This document shows, piece by piece, positions 26,001-35,300 of a DNA stretch of 64,000 bases. Position 1 is the first letter of the stretch, and each line of letters begins with the position of its first letter. Below the pieces are notes generated by a model. That model was not told the DNA's origin, ran no database searches, and saw only the letters and a list, made by a program, of their open reading frames with translations. Source of the DNA: Camelus ferus (taxonomy: Eukaryota); NCBI RefSeq assembly GCF_009834535.1, contig NC_045696.1, positions 50,346,001-50,410,000 on the forward strand, in the 5' to 3' direction. Position numbers and translations under genes: made by a program.

Positions 26001-27132
26001 TTCCCTCCATCAATAATTACTTTAAATGTCAATGGACTAAATGCTCCAATTTAAAAAAAAAGAGTGGCAGATTGGATAAGAAAATAAGAGCCTACAATAT
26101 GCTGCCTATGAGAGACTCACTTCAGAGTGAAAAATACACACTGACTGAAAATGAAGGGATGGAAAAGATATTTCATGCAAATGGAAATGACAAGAAAGCA
26201 GGAGTAGTAACACGTATCAGACAAAATACACTTTAAAGCAATTGCCATAAATAAAGACAAAGAAAGGCAGCATATAATGATAAAATCATTGATAACAGAA
26301 GACAATGTTACACCTGTTCCTGCACCCAATATAGGAGCACCTAAATAGTGTAACCTACATATGTAAAAAGAATTAGCAAAAAAGAAAAAAAGAATAAGTA
26401 AAACCCCATATCAGCAGAAGGAAGGAAATAATAAAGATCAGGGAAGACATTAAATAAATGAGATAAAAATAATAGAACAGATCAATAAAACCAAGAGCTG
26501 GCTTTTTGAAAAGATAAACACAATTGACAAAATCCTACTCTTGGGTATATATATCCAGAAAAATGGAAAATTTCTATGAAAAAAGGTACCTGTACCCTAA
26601 TGTTCATTGCAGCATTGTTTACAATAACCAAGACATGAAAGCAACCCAGATGCCTATAAACAGATGACTAGCTTAAGAAGATATAGTGTATACTTGGATG
26701 AAATATTACTCAGCCATAAAATTAATGAAATATTGCCATTTGCAGCAACATGGATGGACCTATAGAATAATATACTTAGTGAAGTAAGTTAAAGACAAAT
26801 AGTATATGTATCACTTACATGTGTGATCTAAAAAATACTACAAATGAATCTATACACAAAACAGAAACAGACTCACAGACATAGAAAACAAACTGATTAC
26901 CAAAGGGGTGAGAGATGCAGGGAGGAACAAATTAGGAATATGGTATTAACAGATACAAACTACTATCCATAAAATGGATAAGTAACAAGGATTTACTGTA
27001 TAGCACAGGGAACTATATTCAATATTTTGTAATAGCCTACATTTGAATATAATCTGAAAAAATATATAATTGAACCACTTTGCTATATACCTGAAATTAA
27101 CACAATATTATAAATTGACTGTATTTCAATTA
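23043..27132 (+). mobile_element. 5'-complete but internally deleted L1 (5'UTR, decayed ORF1, ORF2 endonuclease start, 3' end)
   Basis: TSD AAAACTTAACTCA at 23028-23040 and 27133-27145. 5'UTR begins gagagggatcaggatgg. ORF1 runs from about 24494. ORF2 starts at 25831 (MAISKCLSIITLNVNGLNAPI after removing the SINE). Jumps at about 26347 and 26531. Confidence 0.9.
25861..26008 (-). mobile_element. tRNA-derived SINE (camelid Vic-1-like) inside L1 ORF2
   Basis: ggagataccgggaattgaacccaggacct (B-box region) with an A-rich tail on the minus strand. TSD ATCAATAATT at 25851-25860 and 26009-26018. Confidence 0.85.
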
Positions 27133-27181
27133 AAAACTTAACTCATAACTTTTAGGTTGTTCATTTTTCTTTAGTTGACAC

Positions 27182-27663
27182 TGTGAAGGAAAACCTGGCT
27201 GGGATAACAAGATAACTCACAAGTCTAAGAATGCTGTCTAACAAGATAACTCACAAGTCTAAGAATGTGGGCTAACAAGATAACTCACAAATCTAAGAAT
27301 CAGAATACTGATCTGAGTTCTGCTGGACTAACACGTAAATCTAAGTTAATTAGTGTTGGTTTGCTGTTCATGTTCTTTTTGCTAGCCAGCTGGATTTTCA
27401 AAGAGATATATCTGGCTTTTGAATGTTGGTTTGCTGCCTCCCTGCCTCCACTTTTGTGATACTGATGCTGCTAAAGCTGTTCCATGCCTATTGGCCGAAT
27501 ACCCCAAGCTTGTACTTTACCCTGTAAAACCTCATGCGCACGTCTTGGAGGTGCTCAGAGCTTCGGAACAGAAGCCCCTCTGAGCCTGCCGGCGTAATAC
27601 ATCTGAGTACTCCAACCCTCCAAGTGGTGCTTGTTTCTTGGTTGGCCTGTCGTTTCCGTAACA
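27182..27663 (+). mobile_element. ERV1-type solo LTR (B), relatively young
   Basis: TG...CA termini, 4-bp TSD ACAC (27178-27181 and 27664-27667), tandem repeats in U3, and several CpG retained in R/U5. Confidence 0.85.
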
Positions 27664-27989
27664 ACACAACCAGACACTTTGGCTTTTGCATGGGCAGCTG
27701 GACTTCAGCTCTTGGTCAGCTAAGCCATCTCTCCAGAGAACCAACTCATAGAAAGGTGCACCTCAACAAAATTAGGACTTTGTTCCTTTCAGCTCCCCCT
27801 TGCCTGGAAAAATAATGTGGTTAATCTGTTGTTGTTTTGGAGTATGTTATTTCTTTATTGACTGATAAAGAAACTTAGTCCTGTATGCTATTAGCTTGTT
27901 AAATTATTATAACTCCCACAGTGGACCTGTGTTAAAAAAAATATTGGCAAAAACAGTTTAAGTCTCTGAGCATAATTTGCCTCGAAACA

Positions 27990-28256
27990 AAATGGTGGGA
28001 ACTCCCAAGTTATAACCAGTTGGTCAGAAATACAGGTAGCAACCTGGGACTTGCAGTGACTAATGTCTGAAGTTAGGGCAGTCATGCAGGACTGAGCCCT
28101 TAAACTTGAGGAATCTGACACTAACTCTGGGTAGTTAGTGTCAGAATTGGATTGTAGGACACATAGTTGTATCTTGAAGAGTTGGAGACCTGGTTGTTGA
28201 TGTCGGAGGAAACCCACACATTTTGTGTCAGAAGTATTGTGAATAAAAATAGCTCA
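27990..28256 (+). mobile_element. MER21-like LTR 3' part
   Basis: ccagttggtcagaaatacaggtagcaacctgggacttgc...ggactgagcccttaa...tagtgtcagaattg...gtgtcagaagtattgtga matches the recalled MER21 consensus. Confidence 0.7.
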
Positions 28257-28289
28257 GGTTATATATTTTGGAAACAAGTCTTTTGTTAG

Positions 28290-28834
28290 TGTAGGGGTGA
28301 ATAAGTGGCCCCTTCTTTTCCAGGTTCTTTGGTTGATCTAATAATTAAATAAACATAAGACCGATTAATAGGTGAAAACAAACAAAAATTTAATAACATG
28401 TATGCCTCCTATATACATGGGAGAGACCCAGGAAAACTGAGTAACTCTCCAAGATGGTTGAAGCCATCACTGTGAGTATCATCTTCAGCTAAAGCAGAAG
28501 ATACTGGGGATGGGGAGTTTATCAGTTTTGGGAGGTTATCAGGGAAAGCACAGTAAACAAGAGTAAAGTTGTTATGCAGATTTCAATTCAAGCTTTCTCC
28601 ATTGATAACCGTTTTTTAGAGATTTAAATTTCTTCCTTTTCCTGGTAGTGTGAGAGGGAAACATCCTGACAAATAAAGGTTTCCCTTATAAATGTAAGTA
28701 TTTCTTAAGAAATGGTAATTTCTACTCAGTTTCAGAGCTTCACTTGTGTTTGCTCTACCTTAAAAAATAACCAGCTTAAAATAGTCAGTATGCCAAAAGG
28801 CAGATTTTGGAGTGGCAAAGGCTGCTCCCTTTCA
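28290..28834 (-). mobile_element. MER34-like ERV1 solo LTR
   Basis: The minus strand begins TGAAAGGGAGCAGCCTTTGCCACTCCAAAATCTGCCTTTTGGCATA. TSD TTAG at 28286-28289 and 28835-28838. Confidence 0.8.
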
Positions 28835-29280
28835 TTAGATGTATGTGTTGCAAACATTTTATCCAATTTGTGCTGCTTGCCTTTTTGCTTTGTTTTGAGG
28901 AACAGATATTTTTAATTTTGACAAATTCCAATTAAAATTTTTTTTTATTTTATGGTTTGTGCTCTTTGCAGTCTGTCTGAGAAATCTTTGCATACCCCAA
29001 GATAGTAAGAAATTTCTCCTGTCTTTTTTCTTGATGTTTTATAATTTAGATTTTATATTTTTTATGTATTTATAATTTTCTTGATGTTTTATAAATTTAG
29101 ATTTTGATCCATTTCAGGTTCATTTTTGTGTATGTTGTAAGGTAAAGATTGATGTTTATTAATTTTTCTCATGTTGCTATCCAGCACGAACTTTTTGAAA
29201 ATTTTCCTCATTAAATCACCTTGGTACCTTTGTAATAAGCAATTGACCATATATATGTATGTCTATTTCTAGACTCTGTT

Positions 29281-29329
29281 CTCTCTCTCTCCCTCTCTCT
29301 GTGTATGTGTATGTGTGTGTGTGTATATA

Positions 29330-29371
<42 letters not shown>
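29281..29371. repeat. Compound microsatellite (CT)n-(TG)n-(TA)n
   Basis: Directly visible. Confidence 0.95.
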
Positions 29372-29375
<4 letters not shown>

Positions 29376-30654
29376 CTTCTTGTCAGTGCCAAAGCATCTT
29401 AATTATTGCAGCTTTATAGTAAGTCTTGGAATCAAGTAGGGTGTCTCCCAACTTTGTGCTCTCTTTTTATAAATTGCTTATGTTATTTTAGTTCTTTTAC
29501 ACTTCCATGTATAATTTTTAATTAGGTCTCCAGTTTCTACAAAAAAAAAAGTTTACTAGAAGTTTTATTGGTATTTCATTGACAAATTTGGGAATATATG
29601 AAATCTTAATGATACTGAGTCTTCTAACCCATAATCATGGTATACCTCACCATTTATTTAGGTATTCTCAAATTTCTCTAAGTAATGTACCATGAATACT
29701 TGAAAATAACGTGTATTGCAGTTGTGTGTAGTACTTTATAAATGTCAATTAGGTCTAGTTGGTTTTTATTGTTTCTACAATCTTCCATGTCTTTTTTCTT
29801 ATTTTTGGTCTAGGGTCCTTAGTAGTTGTTGGTAAAGGAGAGTTGAAATTTTCCACTGGGCATTGAGTTTTCTACTTTTCTCTTTTATTCTCTCAATATT
29901 TGCTTCACACATTTTAAGGATGTTATTAAGTGCATGCAAGTTTACAATTGTTACATCTTTCTGATGAATTGTCCTTTTGATTATTATGAAAGTTTCCTCT
30001 TTATTACTGGTAATACTTCTTGGTTTGAAGTCTGTCTTATTGTCTGACACTAATATAACCAGTTCAGCTTTCTTATGCTTACTGTTTGCATTGTTTACCT
30101 TTTTCCAGTGATTTGCTTCCAACTGATCTCTGTTTTTAATACTTTAAATGCATCTCTTGTAGGAAACATGTAGTATGCTCTTGCCTTTTTAAATCTATTC
30201 TGTCCATCTCCACCTTTTAACTGGAACATTTAGACCATTGATGTTTTCCACTGTCTCCCATTGGCAGCCTAGAGCTGTTTCCAGGGTTATTACTACCTGA
30301 TACTCTTGGTCTGCCCCTCCTGACAGACAGAGCATGGTCTTACAGTAAGAAGATGTCAGCATGCAGAGGAAGGATGCGTATCAAAGAGATAAAGGGAATG
30401 CCTTAACAATGTCCCCTTCCAAGGAAGTGAAGGAAAAAAGGGAAGGGTATTTTATTTCTTTGTCTGAGGTTTGCAGTATTGTTAGCAGAAATAAGTCTGG
30501 GGATATCAGAAATGTGTGTGTTGAAGTTGAGGACAGTGAGCCCTGTAGGAAGACACTAAAAAGGGAAAGAAAAAAAAGGACACAGAAATCAAGCCTTTTT
30601 TTAAAGCTAACTTTTTTGGGTATTTACCATGCCTTCTGCCTTCATTTCCAGTGC

Positions 30655-30800
30655 TGACACTCATTTGTATTATTGGATTTAATATTTACAACAATACCAT
30701 GCTTTGGGTGGTATTATTTTATAAATGAGGAAACTGAAACAGAGAAAGTAATGTCCCAAAGTGAATAAAGGCAGAGCCAGGATTCTAACCCAGGCTGCCA
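30655..30800 (-). mobile_element. MIR SINE
   Basis: Core ttttataaatgaggaaactgaaacagaga...ggcagagccaggattctaacccagg. Confidence 0.75.
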
Positions 30801-31914
30801 GACATTGGATCCTGTGCTGGGAGGGAATGTGCGGGATGAGCTTTGCCTGCTTCACATACCTCTGTATGTTTGCCATGAATGCTCTGTGGAGCGTATCCTT
30901 CAGAAACCTAAATTCTGTTTACAGGCTATCCATAAACTGGGTGATCAAGGAAGTGCTGTTCAGTCCACTTTCACAACTCTCTGGAACCCAGACAAGGGCC
31001 AGAACAGTGTTCTTACGAGGACTCAGAATCACCTCCTGTTGTGGGCCCTGGAGGGCAGGCGTCTGCACCAGTCCTGGGTGCTCCTACTCCTCACCTGCTA
31101 GGATGAGTAAGGGTGGGCTCTACAGCACCCCTGTCACGTCACACAGCAGCTGCTTGGGCACAGGCTGGCTGTGGAACAACGAGGATGGCTTACTTCATGA
31201 GGCCCAAGAGAAAGCTCTAACCATCCCTGCGAAAGTTCAAGGCCCCAGGTGGCCTCTCTTGGGAGTGATGTTCTTTCAGAGTAGACCATTTTTCTGGCTC
31301 TCTGTAATCTTGGTTACAATTTGTATTGACTCAGCTGCAGGCAGTCTAGCTGACACAGCTGTGTCGCCAGCTGAAGACTGTTAGTTCTTCATATACGTGT
31401 AATGATATATAAGCTGTGGTCTGGGTCTGTATGGAAAATAAGTGAGCAAGTGCCCCCTCTTCAAAATTACATAGAAGCCATAAACCCACTGGTAGGAGGC
31501 CATTACTAAACCTAGATGTCTTCTGTTCAGTGCTTTACCAGCCAGACTTCAAATTGTGTCACTCAAGTTATTCTCTCTCATGTACACCTCTTCTACCAAC
31601 TCAAGCCCCTCCACTCTGCCTCACACACGTCTGTGAGGAACACAGGGTGCAACAAGAGCACCTCCATTTTGCAACAAAGAAATTGAAGTCCGGACACAAA
31701 GAGTAACTTGCCCAAGGTGAAGGCAGACTGGAACTCAGAAGCAGGAAGTCCTCGCTGAGTGAACTTTATGGTGGAGTATGGCACCAGGGATGAGACTCTG
31801 GCCTGCTCACATTTGGCCTGTCTCCTTATCTATGCTATGGAACAGTCAATTCCACAGAGAAGTTCAACGTTTGAAAAATAAATACTCTGCTTTCTCTGGA
31901 CTTTCTGTAGATCC

Positions 31915-32390
31915 TGTGTTCATTTCCTGTGGCTGCCACAAAACATTATCACAAACTTGGTGGCTTAAATAACAGACATTCATTCTCACAGTTCTGGAGG
32001 CTAGAAGTCCGAAATCAAAGTGTTAACAGTATTGGTTCCTTCTGGAGGCTCTGAGGGAAGAGTCAGTTCCAGGTCTCTCTTCTAGCTTCTGGTGGCTGCC
32101 AGCAATTACTGATGTTCTTGACTTGTAGATGCATCACTCCAACCTCTGCCTCTGTCTTCATGTCATCTTCTCTTCCCTCACTGTGCAAGTCTGTCCTCTG
32201 TGTTTCTCACAGGACACTTGTTACTGGATTTGGAGTCTATTTAGATAATCTAGGATGATATAATCTCAAAACCCTTAACTTAATTACATCTGCAAAGACC
32301 CTTTTTCCAAGTAAAGTCTAATTCACATGTTCCAGGGATTAAGACATGGACATGTCTTTTTTTGGGGGGAGGTACCTTCACCCTACTACA
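31915..32390 (-). mobile_element. MLT1 (MLT1B/C-like) MaLR solo LTR
   Basis: cacaaacttggtggcttaaa...ctcacagttctggaggctagaagtccgaaatcaa...taattacatctgcaaagaccct. 5-bp TSD GATCC at 31910-31914 and 32391-32395. Confidence 0.9.
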
Positions 32391-35300
32391 GATCCCCTGT
32401 GTCCTGTTCCTTTGGATCTGAGTCAGTTTGGGCTTACTACAGGCTGGAGTTGAGAAGAATACCAGCTTTAAGTAAAATGCTTATGGAGTGTCTACTGTGT
32501 GAAAAGAACTGAGCTAGGAGCTGGTGACATAAAAACAAGTAACATCCCTACTAACAGGAATACAAGTAACTGATCCAGGACACTGATGGCAACAGACGTT
32601 ATGCCATCATCCTCTTGGAGATATACTCAGCATATATAAGTAGGTTTCAGAACAACAGAAATATCTCTCCTAAAATCCCACTCACAGTCAAAGGAAATGC
32701 CATCATTTCCTTTGCCTTTGATGTGGACTCAACAGTAGTGCCACAGAGAGATTACATTACAGGAAGTTAACAGAATTAAGACTCATCAAACTTGACCCTT
32801 CAAAAAGATATTAGGTAGTAGATATCAGAACTTTGACCAGTTTCATCTCCCTTTGATTCCTGTGGCCACTCTTAAGGGAATGTAGAGCTGAAAAAAAAAC
32901 TTTCACTATATCAAGTAATCAACATCCTAAATAATTCCCAAAACGCATTATTTTTGAAGAATTTTAAAGAATCCAAAGATGGCATTAAATAAATGAGCCC
33001 TAAAGAAAAAGTACTACTTCCAATCATTTTTCTTATGAAGCTAACTAAGGAGCCCCTGAAAACAAGGACCAGTTCCCAAAGAGCTCTACGTTCTCTCCTA
33101 ATTAAGAGACTGCCCCATCTTGCCAACATTTTTGGCCAATATGGATTTCATGACTAATCCACTAAGCTAACACCCTAAACCACCAGAATTTACAAGAATC
33201 AAGGTCACTGAAAAAATTGTGTCTAAAAATAAGGGAGTGCTAAATGCTTTTAATTCCTCTCTATTTCATTCTGTTACCTCAGATATGGCATTCAGTGTAT
33301 TTTTTTCCTATTATTCTGAACCCTCAGCTCAGCAAGACCGTGCAGTTTTATAAGCAGATGCTGTTCAATATTTTCTTAATGTAACAACTTCTGAAAGACA
33401 ACGTTTGTGTGAACAGAAAAGAAGAAATAGCAGTTTATAGTTTTATGGATGCATACTTAATTTTTCTAGAAACATTAGAAAAGGTTTCACCTCCTATAAT
33501 TCTGGAAGAATAAAGCTTAAAAACAAGGCTTGAGCAAAGCATTGTGTTCTACCATTCCACTGGCATGGGCCACAACTGAAATCAGAGCCCAACTTCTTAG
33601 TTTGAGCTTCCTAACTGGAGAGAAAGAGAGAGAGCAAGTAAATATGAGTGAGAGAAACTTTTGAATTAAGTAAATACCTGGCCTGATTCAAGGTCCAACT
33701 TGCCAAAGCAGCCAGCTAGGACCAGGTATTTCAGAGAGAGGAATCAGGATGAATATGCCCATCAGAGAGATACTGATTCAGGTTCCAACTTAAAATTGTT
33801 TTTCCAGACATAAGAGGAGGATGCCCTCCTGGTTGATTGTCCCTGCTATTGTCATGACCAGAATTCTTCAGGCCCTCATGCATACTTAATTGGTTCATTG
33901 CATTTGGTCTAAGGACACGAATTCACTAGATGATTATACCCTTAAAATGTTGTCTGTGGAAACTCCAATCTGGCATTACACCAGATGAGAAGCTGTCTTG
34001 CAGTTTTTACTCCTTCTACAGCAATGTATTTCTCCCTGCCAAAGTCTCCTTATGTCCTTCCCAGTGTCCCTTATAATTCTTCTTTGGCCTTCTCTCATAC
34101 ATGCAGAAGGCTTCCAAGTATGAGAATTTATTTCACCTGAAGAACTGGAGAATTTATTTCACCTGAAGATTTCTGTACTTGGGATTGTTTATCCTCAAAG
34201 AAGATCACAAGAATATGGGAGACTTCAAACGCTGACCACTCTTCCCTTCTAGGGCATATTTGAGACATGCTCATTATACTTGAAGCTACAGCAACATTTC
34301 TTATGCATGTGGCACTGCAGCTTTGATATTTGCTGAGTAACATTTGGCCGTACATGTTTTCAAATGCTTAGGCTTCTTGCGATACTTACCAGATGCTTTG
34401 TGCCCAAAGGTTTGGTCATTCAGTCCACAAAAATCTGCTCTTAGATCTGCCTGAGGCCTTTGCTTTCAGTCTCTTTTGTCTTGGTCACAAGGAATGCTCA
34501 TCCCTTCATGACGCCAAAAGTTATCCAGCAAAAGATTGTAACAAGGCTATCACTCTCTCCCTATTGTGTCTTGAAGGCCATACAGAATAAAACTTTTAAA
34601 AAGCAAGCTATAAAATACAAATTACGTTGGAGGAGAAGTAGAGAGGGGTAGAAGGTGAGGGGTTCATTTGACAAAATTATGCTTATAGGTACCAGTTTGG
34701 TTAAAGCACATCTGCTTCCTTTTCCTCTTGTGTCTTCACATTAGTGAATTTGTCTCAAAGACAAGTATTAGAGCCCAGGTGAGTGTCTTCTTGGATGACT
34801 TTGGATCTAAGTAGCATGAAGACATGATTGCTCAATTCACATGTAAAGATGACAGCAATGAGAAGAATGGCCCAGAACTGAGGCCAATTAAAAATAAAAT
34901 TGTGAAGAAGGTAACTCTTCCTGAACTTACTTAGATCCACTTCATTATAGCACCCTTTTACTATAAAAGAAAAGCTGCCCTATGGACATAGGCTTTCAAA
35001 GACCAGAACCTTTCAGTCATTTCTATATTGATCACTCTTCACTCTCAGTAATAAGAGCCTTTCATTCTGGTCAGTTTCATTCATTGGAGAATTTATTTCA
35101 ATCAAAAAAAAAAAAAAAAAAGAGCTAGAAAGTTCAGCTGTGTTTTGCCTAGTGGAGAGAAGAAGGAAAATAGAATTGAACCTAAAAAGATGGTTCCAAT
35201 ATAACCAAATGAAGGTGGCGGTTAGAGTAAAGAACTTCTCAAATACAAAATGCATTCCAATCTAAAAAAAATATTTAGAGATGGAATAAACCATCACTGG

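Larger units (their letters stand above)
22508..27180 (+). mobile_element. ERV1-type solo LTR (A), split by an L1 into 22508-23040 and 27146-27180
   Basis: Termini TGTGGACA...GTTGACA. A 4-bp TSD CAAC (22504-22507) is restored on the right after removing LTR B. TATA-like ctatata at about 22929 and AATAAA at 23025. Confidence 0.8.
28259..30245 (-). mobile_element. Old L1 (L1M-type) ORF2 fragment interrupted by an LTR
   Basis: ORF 29799-30122 is L1 endonuclease-like (WKKVNNANSKHKKAELVILVSD). The sequence rejoins cleanly across 28290-28834. Confidence 0.8.

Noticed and set aside
27203..27300. CRISPR-like repeat array
   Set aside because: The repeats are directly tandem with only about 5-nt variable gaps, lie inside an LTR in mammalian DNA, and have no cas genes nearby.
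30761..31384. 207-aa plus-strand ORF
   Set aside because: It starts at a non-ATG codon inside a MIR, has no recognisable domain, and its composition is typical of translated non-coding DNA.
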